Assembly (NCBI RefSeq): GCF_964213995.1
Contig: NC_135803.1
Location: forward strand, 113,894,001-113,958,000
Reading direction: 5' to 3'
Source of the DNA: Mustelus asterias
Lineage: Eukaryota
DNA: 64,000 bases
The translations under genes were made by a program, and so were the position numbers. Of the stretch, positions 48,094 through 61,902 are shown in pieces. Positions within the stretch are counted from its first letter, which is position 1. The number at the start of each line of letters is the position of its first letter. The notes under the pieces were generated by a model, which searched no databases, had not been told where the DNA came from, and was given only the letters and a program-made list of their open reading frames with translations.

Positions 48094-48219
48094 GGCTGGA
48101 ATTTTACTGCCTCGCCCACCCCAGAATCGGGGCGGGCGAGGCTCGCAGAATGGCATTCTCCGTTGGCCTTGGGTGGGATCTTACGAACTTCAGGCGGGCG
48201 AGGCGGTAAAATTCTGGCA
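48094..48219. mobile_element. Harbinger-type MITE
   Basis: TIRs GGCTGGAATTTTAC / GTAAAATTCTGGC, TSD AGA. Confidence 0.8.
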
Positions 48220-48784
48220 AGAGTTTCCTCATTTGTTGCCATGGCCTGGGTAGCATCTACCTCCTTGGTAAAGATAGATGCAAAGTATTCATTTAATACT
48301 TTAGCCATGCCCCCAGCCTCCATGTGTAAATTTCCTTTTAGTTCCGTAACTAGCCTTACTCCTCCTTTTACTATCCTTTTACTAATTATAGAAGAAGTTG
48401 GGATTCCCTTTTATGTTGCCTGCCAGTCTTTTCTCATTATCTCTCTTTGCTTCTTCAATGTGCTTTTTCAACTCCCCCTGAACCTTCTGTATTCTTCTTG
48501 GTTTTCAATTGTATTTTCTACCTGACACCTGTCATAAGCACACCTTTTTTTTCTTATCTTAATTTTTGTCTTCTTTTTCATTCAAGGAGCTCTGGATTTC
48601 TTTGCCCTGCCTTTCCCTTTTAAGGGAATATAGTTTCACTGTACGCAAACTATTTCTTTTTTGAAGGTAGCCCATTATTCAGCTTCAGTTTTCCCCACCA
48701 ACCTTTTGTTCCAGTCTATCCATCCAAGCCATGTTCTTGCCTCATTGAAGTTGATTCTCACCCAGTTAATTATTCTTATTCAGT

Positions 48785-49010
48785 GCTTACTCAGAATTTG
48801 TTGAACTCGCTGCCCCATAGCACGGTGGAGTCTGAATCGTTGAATGGTTTCAAGAACGAGATAGATACCTTTCTAATTAAAAAAAAGGATAAAGGGATAT
48901 GAGGAACAGGTGGGGAAGTGGATTTGAGACCGGGGAGAGATCTAATTGAATAGTAGAGCAGGCTCAAAGGGCTGAATTTGCCTACTTCTGCTCCTAATTC
49001 CTATGTTGCT
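48785..49010 (+). mobile_element. CR1 3' fragment inserted antisense in a CR1
   Basis: GAACTCGCTGCCCCATAG..TTCAAGAACGAGATAGAT..GCCTACTTCTGCTCCTAATTCCTATG. Confidence 0.75.
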
Positions 49011-50296
49011 TTTCCCCACTAACCTTTTCAATCATCATTTGAACCTTACGATATAATAATGACTGTCTACTAAAGTTCCTCCACTGACATTTGATTCACT
49101 TGTCCCACCTCATTTCCAAGAACCATGTCCAACAGTGGATCATTCATTGTTGGACTGGACACATACTGCTGTAGAATATTTTCCTGAACACAATCTAGGA
49201 ATGTTACCACTCTTCTCACTGTATTCATGAAAAGGGAAGGCACAGGAAGAATATTGCTGATGTAATCAAGTCTCTTAAAATAATTAAACTCCGAAAATAT
49301 GATTGCGAATGATGGAAAAATCTTGAATGACAATTTCTTACAAATAAGGAAGTTGTAAAGGTAGTTTAAATTCAACCTCTGCATCTAGAAGATGGTGAAT
49401 GTAAGGAGTTAGCTTCTTAAAGAAGAAGAAGTGGGGACTAATAGAATGAAAAGCTTGACTTTTGACTCATGGCCGATGGTGGAGTATTAGTGTTGAGGCC
49501 AGGCAGACCACCTGCAGAGTTTTATTTCAATCTTGCTCTTCCCTCTATTTCTCTACCACTGGTCTCTTATCCAGATTCAATTTTCTTGACTGTCCATGCA
49601 TGCAACATTCTATGATCGGCTTACTGGTGTCATCATCTTGAAGTATAACCATGAATTTTCTCCAGAATTAGTTTTCCTAATCACTGTAACTTTGGTGGAA
49701 GATTAGCAGAACTCCTGTTTACATGGTTTATCCAGGATTTCTGCCCAACTTCCATTGAAGGCCGATTGGAAGAACTCCTGAAGAAACTCACTCTTATAGT
49801 TTTTTTGTACCTTCTGCAAGTAATTTGTTGCTGGAATTCTTTATAAATGTCCATCCATCTGGACTTTCATCTCTGCCTGGAAGCCCACCATTTTTACAGT
49901 CCTGAGTAATGATACCCTTCACAGCTCTCTTAACTGAAACCTGAATTTCTCAAGTCTCTCTTCGTAACCGTCACACCTTCTCTCTGATAGTTTCCCAATG
50001 AATCTGCACCACGTTTTCCATTGTTTTTCCATTCTTCCTATAATGGGACATCTAAAACTGTGTGCAGTTCTTTAAATGTGATTTAACTATAGTCTTGTTC
50101 AAATTCAATATGTAATTCTTACTTCATCCTTTCTTTCTTAGAGGATCTGAACTCACACACGTAGCTAAAGTACTATTCCTATATCATCTAAGCTTTTGAC
50201 CTGTGTAAAATTTCCATTTTTATTCCGAACAACAGCTATGGTCGAAAAAGCTGTTTTTATGCCAATTTTAATCTTTAGGGATGTTCCCAAGGAACC

Positions 50297-50590
50297 GTTT
50301 TTTAAATTAATTTACTAGATGTGGGCATCACTGGCTAGGCCAGTATTTATTGCCCATCCCTAGTTGCCCTGCAGAAGGTGGTGGTGAGCTGCCTTCTTGA
50401 ACCATTACTGCCCCTGAGGTGTAGGGACACCTGTTAGGGATGGAATTCCAGGACTTTGGCCCAGCGACAGTAAAGGAACAGTGATATATTTCCAAGTCAG
50501 GATGGTGAGTGTCTTGGAGGGGAACCTTCAGGTGGTGGTGTTCCTATGCATCTGTTGCCCTTATCCTTCTAGATGGTAGTGGTTGTGGGT
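50297..50590 (-). mobile_element. Old LINE 3' end
   Basis: GATGTGGGCATCACTGGCTAGGCCAGTATTTATTGCCCATCCCTAG; similar to 19838-20130. Confidence 0.65.
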
Positions 50591-50599
50591 TTTATAATT

Positions 50600-50965
50600 T
50601 ATGTGTTGTCGCCTCTCAGACAGAAAAGATGAGTAAGAGATTTAAAAGGGTGTTCAAAACCATTAAGGGTTTTGATAGAATAAGGAAAGAGAAACTGTTT
50701 TCAGTGATAGAAGAGTCAGTAACTAGGGGACACAGGTTAAAGATAATTGGCAAAGGAACTAATCTCAAAATTAGATTTTTTTTAACACAGTAAATTGGTA
50801 TAATCTGAAATGCAAAGACGGTAGAAACAGATTCAATAACAAGTTTCAAAAAGAAACTGGATGAATTATTGAAAGGAAAATATTTATAGTGCCGTGGTAA
50901 AAGAGCAGTGAAGTGGAACTATTTGGATAACTTTTCCAAAGATCAACATACGCATGGTGGACAAA
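50600..50965 (+). mobile_element. Old CR1 3' remnant
   Basis: VFKTIKGFDRIRKEKLFSVIEESVTRGHRLKI..FF.TQ. Confidence 0.7.
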
Positions 50966-51603
50966 ATTGTAGTCTTCTTGTCATGATATAAAGTCACCAA
51001 TCACTCATAAGTGATTAGGTAAACACATTGTGGGTTCATTTATTAAGACTAGGCACATGAGAACTTTTACAGACAGGCATAAAGCCTGAAGATGCATGAG
51101 AGCTGCAGAGCTGTGTGTATGATCTCTGCTGAAAAGCAAAAATGAAATTAAAATGGATCAAATGACACACATCCTGGCTTCAGATTGAACGAACTCACTT
51201 TCAAACAGAATGTAAAATTCTACCACACATCCTTAAAGCTTCTTCTGCAACAAAATTATTAATTGGTCCTTTCTTGTTCCATAATACTAGACCTAAAATA
51301 GTCTGTTCTGCAGTCAGTTACTCAACAGACTGCTCCAAAAAACCACCCCTAACACATTCCAGAAACTCATCCTCCACAGCACTGGTGCTCATTAGGTTTA
51401 TCCAATCTATGTGCAGATTGAAGTCACCCATTATTATTGTATTACCCATAAATCACTTGATTAATACCATGCCCCACACTACCACTACTGTTTGCTGGCC
51501 TTTAACCAACTCCTACCAATGTTTTCTGCCCCTTGGTATTTCTTAGCTCCACCCAAACATATTCTGCATTTTGTTCTTCTGATCTGAGATTCTCCCCTAA
51601 TAA

Positions 51604-51968
51604 TCATAGAATAGAATCATAGAATCCTACAGTGCAGAAAGAGGCCATTCGGCCCATCGAGCCTGCACCGACAACAATCCCATCCAGGCCCTATGTCCAT
51701 AACCCCATGTATTTACCCTTCTAATCCCCTGACACTAGGGGGCAATTTAGCGTGGCCAATCCACTTAACAGGCACATCTTTGGACTGCGGGAGAAAACCG
51801 GAGAACTCGGAGTAAACCCACGCAGACACGGGGAAACCGGAGCCCCCAGAGAATACCCACGCAGACAACGAGCAAACTCCACACAGACAGTGACCCAAAC
51901 CAGGAATGGAACCCAGGTCCCTGGCACTGTGAGGCAGCAGTGCTAACCACTGTGCCACCGTGCCGCCC
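51604..51968 (-). mobile_element. HE1 V-SINE with internal duplication in the V-domain
   Basis: Full head to tail; AAACCGGAG..ACCCACGCAGACA present twice (51795-51868). Confidence 0.9.
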
Positions 51969-52984
51969 ATAATGATCCCACCCATTATCAGTGCAACACC
52001 ACCCCCTTTTCTTTTTTGCCTGTCCTTCCTAAATATTGAGTATCATTAAATATTTATTTCCCAGTCTTGATCACCTTGCAGCCATGTTTTTGTAATGGCA
52101 ATTCGATCATACCCATTTACTTTGATTTGTGCCTCTAAATCACCTTGTTGTGAATGCTGCATGTCTTTTTAACTTTATTCCACATTCTAAGCCGAGTTGG
52201 CACTCGCCATCATTCCATCTGCCTTCTAATTTTGCTTACTACTTTTCTACTTCTTTCTACCACCTTTACTTCTTTCTAATTTGAGCTGCCCCTCAGCTTT
52301 CCATCTTTCTGCCTAGCTAGTTAAATCCTCCCCAACAACACGAGCAACTCACTGTGAGGGAATTAGTCCTGGCCTTGCCAAAATGGAACCCACAATGCTG
52401 AAAATATGTGTGCTGGCACCTTGATGGCCACATGTGTGCAGTCTATAGCACCCTGGATGCAGGGAAACCCAGCCATTGCCATGAACCCTCATGGACTCTC
52501 TGATTGGCTGTCCTCATCTGTCTGATAGTCAATGCAAGTGGAGACATGTCTGAAGCTGACATTGGTTACAACTGTTGCGGCTGATTGCGAGATGCTGCAT
52601 AGATTCCCCTATTGATCCCTAAAATGAACTAGAGGCATAGAAGTTGAGGGCCACTGTGACCTTCAATGCCACTGGCACAGGGGTGACTGCCCATGCAGTT
52701 GGAGGCAATTTCGGGACCTATCAGGTCACAAATGGAATTCAGTGTGTTCCTGAAGAGGCAAAGCCACTTGTCACACTGGACCTGAGACATTTGCAGGTAG
52801 TTGGTGCATTGTCCGTATACGCCAGCCACTGGGTAGTCTCACCTTTGGCGTCCCCTCCTGCCTTGGCCTCCCTGCACCAACTGAGCCCATGCCTCTCCTC
52901 TTAAAAGTCTCTGCCTGGAACACTGCCTGCATTCAACTGGCCTTTGCCCCCCTCCTGCCCCTCTTCCTCCCCTTTACCCAGCAA

Positions 52985-53190
52985 ATCCCCCTGACACTAA
53001 GGGGCAATTTAGCATAGCCAATCAACCTAACCGGCACATCTTTGGACTGTGGGAGGAAACCGGAGCACCCAGAGGAAACTCACGCAGACACAGGGAAAAC
53101 ATGCAAACTCCACAATAGACAGTGACCCAAGCCGGGAATGGAACTCAGGTTGCTGGCACTGTGAGGCAGCAGTGCTAACCATTGTGTCAC
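52985..53190 (-). mobile_element. HE1 V-SINE, partial
   Basis: Reverse complement of head and V-domain. Confidence 0.85.
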
Positions 53191-54282
53191 GGTACTGCCT
53201 CAAAGTTGGGGTGGCAGATAGAGCGCACAGATACTCAATTAGCTGCCAGGCCTTTTCAAACCACCTGTCCCACATGTGGCAGAATCTCTGAGTTGGGCAA
53301 CCATCTCTGAATCCATTGAACTGGAGTGGAAGCAACTTCAATCCCAAAGGACTGCCTAAGAAAGAGTATTTCTAACTATCTCTCCCCTCTGTGAATTGTG
53401 TTTCTACTTTCAGGAATGTAAGCCCTTCCTCCTACAACATGTCTCCAGTCACTCATTAACCTGCCATATCCTCATCTGTGTGTAGAATAATCCAAAGGTC
53501 CTATGACTTACCATCTTCCTTGTCTTCCTTGACTCCTTAAACTCTGACTACAGTACTTCAACCATGTTCCTCCATCGCTATTGGTTCTTACCTGAACAAT
53601 GACACCTGGATCTTCCCCTTCCCTCCATGGAATATTTTGCACCCTCTCTATCATGTCCCTTACGCTGGCACCAGGATGGCAACGAACCATATGGATCTCA
53701 CATCAGCGGTGACAGATGTACCTGTTTCTCCCCAGTTATTGAATCCTCAGTTACTACAGTGCGTCTACTTGCTGCTGCACCATCCTGTGTTGTTGTTTGC
53801 CCCACAGTGTTAGGTTCGAAACAATTGTACTCTTTTGAAGTATCATCATCTTTGCTGTTATTCAACGCTGAATACCAGTTTGAGAGCGTCACACCCCCGT
53901 TGTATTCCTGCACTGGCTACCCCTTCCAGGCAACCTCCCACATGCTAGTCTGAGCACTATCTGACTATGGCATGACCACTTCTTAGAACCTGTGATTTAT
54001 GAAATAGCCACCCATATACCCTGCAGTGAATTTGGCTGCCCCACAAGTGTGAATTTGTACAGCTGGTGGCACTAGCTGCAAACACAGGCCATTGGGACAC
54101 ATGAGTCATCCTGAAGTTCTCACGTAGCACTAGGATTGGGTCATCACTATCCCTCAATCCAAATTAGAAACTTAAAATTAATTCCTTAGATATGATGTGA
54201 TTATTTACGTTATTGCTGTTAACTAGGTCAAAACTACACTGCAATCCTTCTACCCACTCCTCAAAGCAACACAAAGACGACT

Positions 54283-54940
54283 GGGGGAAATTTTCCATTC
54301 CAGGACTAGGTCCCATGGCAGGGCAGGGGATGGGGAATGTTTCCCGCCATGGAGACCGGTGGCAGTCTGCGGACTATCATGTGATGTCAGCCTCATTAAT
54401 TATGCAGTGAGGATTTCCTGATATTTTTCACAGCGGAGCAGGCTGGAAGGCTCGCTCCCCAACACCATATTCGGGTGCCATATTTAAAAGGTGTCCAAAT
54501 ATCAACTGCCAACTGTTGAATATAGAAGATGGACTTCCCAGATGACTCTGAAACTCAAAGATCCACCTGGTAAATGCTTTACCCATTCACTGTTGCGTTT
54601 CCAGGATCCAAGGTCACTGCAAGCCTCCATTCAAACATCCACAGGCTGTGCCAGGCCTTTTTCAGCTAAATCCAGACATGTCCACACCATCTTGATCCAG
54701 ACGGAATCTGGACTGGTGTGACATCCCGCTGGCAGTGAAGACAATCAGATAGTGTGGGGAGTTGGGGGTGAACAATTCCAGTCAGGCCTACACCTGAAAA
54801 TCGGTTTTACACCAGCCTATAGTGGAAATGGTGACCTGCTATGGTGGACAGGAGCACAAGACATTGTTACCTTGGTGGAAACCAGATTTTCCAACTCCAG
54901 CCCATCATTAAACCCACTTTTGGGTAAGTGGAAAATTTTA
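54283..54940. mobile_element. Non-autonomous Harbinger-like element
   Basis: GGGGGAAATTTTCCA ... TGGAAAATTTT termini. Confidence 0.45.
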
Positions 54941-57900
54941 TCTATTATTTTATTTACCAAATATTAGCAAGAACACAGAGGTACTAAACACAAAGGATTG
55001 AAATATTAGATATTGAGATAATCTAGGTACTTTGATTCCTCTGACCCTGCTGTTCCACTCTTTTTTAATTGCACATGAGAATTGTCTTCCTTCTGTCCTA
55101 ATCCTTGTTATCACCAAATTCTCAGCTTCCACTTTCTTTGTGCCCCAGTTTGATTGTGATTCACCCAGCTCAGTCTCCAAGCTCCGAATGAATATTCCCC
55201 GTATTTTTGGACAGAAAGAATCCTGGTTGAAATGAGTCTGAGCAGTTCAGTCCAGTTCCTAGTAACCTTCATCATCAACACTCGTGAGATTAATGATGAG
55301 ATTAATTGACCTGTTTCTGATGCTGGTGCTTGGGGGAGGGGGTGAGAGGCAACGGTAGGTTGGACAGATTTCCTCTTCACTTTAATAATTCTTTTTTTTC
55401 ATCTTATGTTTTAGTTGCCTTTTTAATTTGTCTCCGTCCTCCCCACATTTCAGTTTGTCTTTGCTCCTCAGCAGTCAGTAGATAGTTTAATATTGCTTTT
55501 GTGTTGAGAGAGATTTTTGCATTGACGATGGTTTTGTACATTATGACAGATTTGAACATCTATTTCACTGGAGAGCCGGGGGATGCAATGAGTGCATGGC
55601 AAGGTCAGGCAAGGATAGTTTTGCATGAGTGATTACCAATTTTACTGTTATCGCTGTGGACTATCACTGTTTCTGTCTGTAAATAAGGTTAAAAGGACAT
55701 GTCCTTTAACATTAAAAGTTAAATAATTGCTATGAAAATACAATTTACAATCTGGGGAAATATTTTTCACAAACAAGTTCTTGAAAGCTTGGATGCATCT
55801 TCAAGTCATGGAAAATTCATTGCCAATTAAAAGCTGAAGGTTGTAAAAGCTCTGAGGAACGGATATAGTAAATCTGCCCTTTGTAACAGGGGTGAAATTG
55901 GACTAAAAGTAGTGCTGGAGCTAATCATTTTGAAATCTATTGCTTGAAGCAAGTAATAAACTGACTCCTAAAATGCCATGTCCCCTTGGCTGTATGTCAA
56001 TGCAATAAATAATGCAAATCCAATGCATTTTATATAACATTATGAACACCGACTTTACTCATACCACTGCAACTTGTATCAGATTTACCACAAGCCTTGC
56101 CATCGAATGATTCACAGCACGGAGGGCAATGTCAAGAGAGAAAGCAACACAGTAAATAACTTGATTTTATTATGGGCACTCTCCATATTTGTAATGGCTA
56201 CTCAAAAAATGGAACAAAATGTTCCAGAAAGCTAATTTTCTGTAATGAATATTATTTTACCATTTTCCCTCCAAAGCTGAATGAAGCAAATTATTTAATC
56301 CCCTATGGCATATTGAATAATTAATACCGAAAGCAAAAATGGTTCTGGACATAATAATATCTGATTTTGTGCTCCCAAATTGCTTCCAGCTTTGTGCAAT
56401 TTATCATGATAGAATCAGTTTGATGTGAGTGACAAGGGCTCTAATTCCAGTAGTATGAAATGTGAAGGAAGGTTAAAATGCAGAAGCACAGCAAGTTCAA
56501 AACAAATTAATCTGAATGTATGGCATTTGAACAAGATCAAATGTACAAAAAAAATGAAGACCTTGACCAGAGAATCTTTCAGTACCATGGCAACACAACA
56601 AGAATCAGATGGAAAGTCAAGCAACAGGCTGCCGTAGCAATGCCTTGGAACATCACTGCCCAGGTGGTGAAATTGAAAATTGCCCCCATTATATCTAAAT
56701 TGGATTAAATTCAGTAATTTTACATTTGATTGGAGTCTGTAGCCAGGAAAGTAGTTATTGGAAAATCACCTCAAATTGAACTCATTCTCTTCGGATGAAT
56801 CAAGTTCAACCTTTTGAACCTTTCCACGGTCACTTTGATTCTTGAGAGCTTGGGTTAATTTTGGTGCTCTACACTGTAGACTTTTGTGGGTTATAATTTT
56901 GTAACAATTAATACCGCACAATACAATAACAGTATAGTACCTGGTCACCTTTTAGTGGTAACCTTCTTTAATTATTACAAATCTAAAATTATATGTTGGT
57001 TGCGTAGCACCATGCATGTAATGCGTTATTTAGTTCAGACATGCTTATAAAGTCACAGAAAATCGCAACTGTTCAGTAAAGAAACAATACTTTTTGTATC
57101 ATTAACTTATTTCAAAATATGAAGGAAAGCCAAGCAGTAAACATTTCAATTGTCAATTAAATAGCACTGGGGTATTTTTTTTAAACTTTCTGCCTGGCAC
57201 AATACTGGTCATTGTAGATCAGCTGCCCATATACAAACACTTCAATTTTATAAGCAATGAAAATTAACTTTTTACTGTGAAAATGTTGCATGATGGGTGC
57301 TAGTGCACAGTCCACAGCTCTAAGTTTACAAAGAGCCAGAAAGTCAATACCTCTCTGTACCAGAACGAAAGGTGTAACCTTCAGAGGCGTAAGAACAGAA
57401 ATGGAAATTTATGAAAGGACATTTTCCAAGGCCATTCTTCAAATTGTTGCAGTGCAATGTCAATGTGTGAGTGGTGAGCTGTGTTTAATATACAGCAAAG
57501 GCTACCAATCAAACAGTGTTGGCCTATTAAGCTACCATGGAGTTTATCATAGCAATTAGAGACTCTCTTTTGAAAATTAATTTGGGACCTATCTTTCGGT
57601 TCTTCAGCAGGTCTGACCACATATCAAAATAAAAAAAAATCAAGCAAAGCCTATTCTATGTACATTAAAGACTTTCAATGACTGAACTGAGCGCATGGTA
57701 ATAAATCTATATATCTAAGAAGCAACCTCAGTGATATTGGGAATGAAAGAGAATGACAATAAATCTGAGGAATTAATCTGTGGAAATGAAACTTCAGACA
57801 GTAAAAGGGTAATGAACAAGCCCTCGGTCCATCCTGCAATGAATATAAGGCTTTTACCTTTACACAGATTTGACCTAAAAATGAATCTTTAACCGTGGAA

Positions 57901-57999
57901 AATGGTGCTCCTACTCCAAAATCAAAATCGGAGCTAGCTTGCAATGTAAAAATGATTAGTGCATTTTTTTGTTTTGTTTTTGATTCTGTGCATTCTTAT

Positions 58000-58312
58000 G
58001 GGGCGGCACGGTGGTACAGTGGTTAGCACTGCTGCCTCACAGCGCCAGGACCCGGGTTCAATTCCTGGCTTGGGTCACTGCCTGTGCAGAGTCTGCACGT
58101 TCTCCCCATGTCTGCGTGGGTTTCCTCCGGGTGCTCCGGTTTCCTCCCACAATCCAAAAGACGTGCTGGTTAGGTGCATTGGCCATGCTAAATTCTCCCT
58201 CAGTGCACCTGAACTGTTGCCAGAGTGTGGCGACTAGGGGATTTTCACAGTAATTTCCTTGCAGTGTTAATGTAAGCTTACTTGTGACATTAATAAATAA
58301 ACTTAAACTTAA
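58000..58312 (+). mobile_element. V-SINE, alternative-tail subfamily, full length
   Basis: GGGCGGCACGGTGGTACAGTGGTTAGC head, V-domain, GTGACATTAATAAATAAACTTAAACTTAAA tail. Confidence 0.9.
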
Positions 58313-58884
58313 AATTAATCTGATGTAAACTTACTCCCATGTATCCCATACATATGTCCCAGTTTCATATGAGAAAACAATAAATCCATTGTCCTCAGAA
58401 GATTGTTTCTCTCTCTATCTCTTTCACCACTCCCTTCCATACCCCCAGTTTTCATCACTTCTCTTGGTAGGTTTACCCGACAGTGTCTCGTGAAGTGTGT
58501 TGCATTAAAGAATAGTTTCTCCCTAACTCTCCCTTTCTCACTTTCATCAGATTATGCTATCAAACTGTTTCACAGGTTTTGTATCTTGCAAGTAACCATT
58601 TCTATCCCAGGGTTATGTCAGTTTTTGGGATATTGAAGTATAATATATTCACTTAAAACATCTAAATTCTGAATTCTTAATTTATAACAGTGGTGTCCTC
58701 AGTTATGTCTGACCTAACAAGTTATGAGCAACCAGCATTATGATTCAAATAGAATTTATTTAACAAGATGTTGTGTATATTTAACAAAAGCTGTGAAGAT
58801 TGTATGGAACTTTCTTATCACTCAAGGCCCAAGGATTCCTTGAATGCTGCCCCCACAGACAATATTTTTCTTCTTCTTCTGTAT

Positions 58885-59217
58885 GGGTGGCACGATGGCA
58901 CAGTGGTTAGCATGCTGCCTCACTGTGCCAGGGACACGGGTTCAGTTCCGGCCTCAGGTCACTGTCTGTGTGGAGTTTGCACATTCTCCCCATGTCTGCA
59001 TGTGTTTCCTCTGGGTGCTCCGGTTTCCTCCCACACTCTACAAATTGTGCAGATTAGGTCAATTGGCCATTCTAAATTGCCCCTTAGTGTCAGGGGGATT
59101 AGCAGGGTAAAATACATGGGTTTACAAGAATAGAGCCTGGGTGGGATTGTGGTTGGTGCATACTCAATGGGCCAAATGGCCTCCTTCTGCACTGTAGGGC
59201 TTCTATGATTCTATGTT
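58885..59217 (+). mobile_element. HE1 V-SINE, full length, CR1 tail
   Basis: Head, V-domain, GGCCTCCTTCTGCACTGTAGGG(TTCTATGA)n. Confidence 0.9.
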
Positions 59218-59385
59218 TCTGAAGTGATGTTATGCTGAATGGCGTCTCAGAAGAATTATTCAGCAGAAGGAATGGTGAACAATAAAGACACTGAGTTTTC
59301 AACCTTTATCCCAAATTCTGACAGTTCACGCGAGATCTGGCGGCCAAAGTCGCTGTGGGTGCAAATCCTGTTGTGGCCACTAAAT

Positions 59386-59650
59386 CTCATAAATCATAAA
59401 ATCATAAAAACCCTACATTGCAGAAGGAGGCCATTCGGCCCATCGAGTCTGCACCGACCACAATCCCACCCAGGCCCTACCCCCCACATATTTACCCGCT
59501 AATCCCTCTAACCTACGCATCTCAGGGGCAATTTTAACCTGGCCAATCAACCTAACCCGCACATCTTTGGACTGTGGGAGGAAACCGGAGCACCCAGAGG
59601 AAACCCACGCAAACACAAGGAGAATGTGCAAACTCCACACAGACAGACAG
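59386..59650 (-). mobile_element. HE1 V-SINE, 5'-truncated
   Basis: (ATCATAAA)n tail plus reverse-complement V-domain. Confidence 0.9.
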
Positions 59651-59659
59651 TAGGACAAA

Positions 59660-60532
59660 TCGGGATTTGTGCCAATGAGATCTCAGTTTGAGATCTTCTC
59701 CGCTCCCCCACCTCCCCCTCCACTGGTGATGTGATCAGATTCATGCCCCATGAAAGCATGAATCTGATTTCCATGAATTTGAATAAATTTTAACATAATC
59801 AAAGAGTCTGACGCTGTAGCATCCACCCACGGTGTATTCTCCCTGGCGTGAATCAATAATTGTTTTCAAAAGCGAACACCAATCGTGATGATCATGTTGG
59901 GGGTGTGGAGGTACCTGGAGGCCCTGGGGGTTGAGGGACAAGGCTGGCCATTGTCCCCGACATCTTGGGGCACTGCCAGAGTGCACAGCCGGGGACAATG
60001 CCAAGTGAACAATACCAAGTGGGCAATGCCAAGTGGGCAAATGAAGGGGGCAGTGTAAAGGGAACACATGAAGGGGATAATTGCAAGGCAGCTCTGGAAG
60101 GGGGATAACCCTTCTCCATTGTGGGGGTTATGTATGGTGGGGAGGGAAAGAGGAGAGCCCCAATGACAATGCAGAGTGGGGTGGAGAGGGGAAAGCTCCG
60201 ATGACAGTGTCGTTGGGGGGGGGTGCCCCAATGTTGGCATTCTGGTGGGGGGGCATACACTGATGCTTAGGGTATGTCCTAATGGTTGATGAGGGGGTTC
60301 CCAAACTCCATGGGGGGAGGGGGGCCTTCTGTGCAACTTTGGGAGAATTCTGGCTTTGCCAGTGTGTTTAGGCCCCGCCCCACCAGCTGGCTGTGTGATC
60401 CTCACCAGCACTTTGAAATTGCGAAGAGTACTGTTTAATCAGGTGAGGAAAGGTATCTGTGAGCCTGACGAGTTTTACACAGCTTATCTCACCTGATCCA
60501 CCACTCTGTGCAATCCTGGGACAATTCCGCCC
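59660..60532. mobile_element. Non-autonomous Harbinger-like element
   Basis: GC-rich body with GGCACTGCC / GGCAATGCCAAG motifs; end ACAATTCCGCCC. Confidence 0.45.
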
Positions 60533-60584
60533 TTCCTCTTTCATTATTCAGAGGAAGCAGTCTGAATTACTTCTTTTTGTTGGT

Positions 60585-61745
60585 TTGGTGTTTGATATGG
60601 TACTGCACAAAAGGCTACTTAATCAGATAGGAGTCCATGGTGTTCGGGAGTTAGTATATTAGCATGGATAGAGGATTGGCTAACTGATAGAAGACAGAGA
60701 GCTGGGATAAGAGGGGCATTTTCAGGGTGGCAACCTGTGTCAAGTGGAGTGCCACAGGGATCAATGCTGGGGCCACAATTATGGACAATGTATATTAATG
60801 TCTTGGACAAGGAAGTGAATGTACTATTGCTAAGTTTGTGGATGACATAGAAATAGATGGGGAGGCAAGTGGTGAGGATGACACAAAGAGCCTACAGAGG
60901 GAGATAGACAAGTTAACTGAGTGGGCAAAAACTTGGCAGATGGAATATAATGTAGAAAAATGTGGAGTTATGCACTTTGGTAGAAAGAATAAAGGAGTTG
61001 AATATTATTTAAATGGAGAAAGACTGCAGAAAGCTGCAGCACAGGGATTTGGGGGCCCCCATGCATAAATAACAAAAAGCTAGCGTGCAAGTTCAGGAGG
61101 TAATAGGGAAGGTAAATGGAATGTTGCCCTTTATTTCAAAGGAAATTGACTATAAAAATAAACGATGCAAGGCATTAGTTTGACCACACCTGGAACACTG
61201 TGAACAGTTTTGGTCCTTTTATCTAAGGAAAGATATATTGATATTAGAGGCAATCCAGAGAAGATTTACTGGGTTAATCCCAAGTGTGGATCTTATGAAA
61301 ATCTTATGAAGAGAGGTTAAGTAAGTTGGGCCTGTACTCTCTGATAGGTAGAAGAATGAGAGGCGACCTCACTAAGACGTTTAGGATTCTCGGATGACTT
61401 GACAGGGTAAATGCTGAGAGGCTGTTTCCCTCCTAGGAGAGTCTAGGACCCAGAGGGCTAATCTTATAGTAAGGAGTTACCCATTTAAGACAGAGATGAG
61501 GAGGAATTTCTTCTCTCAGAGGGTAGTGAATCTGTTGAATTCTTTACTGCAGAGGGCTATAGAGGCTGGGTCATTAAGTATGTTCAAGAATGAGATGGAC
61601 ACATTTCTAATCAGTGAGAGAATCGAAGGTTATGAGGATAAACAGAAAAGTGGAGTTGAGGATTATCATATCAGATCAGTCATGACCTAATTGAATGGTG
61701 GAGCTGAATGGCCTACTTCTGCTCTTATGTCTTAAGGTCTTACTA
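60585..61745 (+). mobile_element. Decayed CR1 (RT to 3' end)
   Basis: GVPQGSMLGPQL, LQREIDKLTEWAKTWQMEYNVEKC, MRRNFFSQRVVNLLNSL; tail. Confidence 0.9.
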
Positions 61746-61902
61746 GATCACCTTGGGTCACCCCAACTTTGAAATTAGAGTCATGTAGACTGAAACAAAT
61801 GTTCACCTCTTATTTCCTTTAAGCCTCAGAAGTTACATTCAGTTGTGAACAAATGTCAAATCCTTGTAGATACAGAGCAGTTATACAATGTTATATCCTC
61901 AT

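Larger units (their letters stand above)
46730..49215 (-). mobile_element. Decayed CR1 LINE with MITE and a plus-strand CR1 tail insert
   Basis: GDLVEMFKIMKG, LQKDIDKLVKWADRWQMKFNAEKCK, VYVDFDKMPHNRL, VLNEYFASIFT, LQQYVSSPT..LLDMVLGNE. Confidence 0.85.
51235..54140 (-). mobile_element. 5' portion of a CR1 LINE (ORF1 SGNH-esterase region and endonuclease), fragmented
   Basis: IIMGDFNLHIDW..EFLECVRGGFLEQ (51320-51440); GYESNC..RKGGGVA (51990-52120); ORF1-like RTVVTEDSI..MVRCHPGASVRDMIERVQNI..EGEDPGVIVQVRTN (53580-53770). Confidence 0.7.

Noticed and set aside
54950-55380. Minus-strand ORFs in unique sequence
   Set aside because: No recognisable family, and lengths are within chance expectation.
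56766-56876. Minus-strand candidate exon CRAPKLTQALKNQSDRGKVQKVELDSSEENEFNL
   Set aside because: AG and GT boundaries exist, but there is no polypyrimidine tract, the donor is weak and I recognise no homology.
58000-58075. tRNA genes at SINE heads
   Set aside because: The A/B boxes continue directly into the V-SINE body; these are SINE heads, not tRNA genes.
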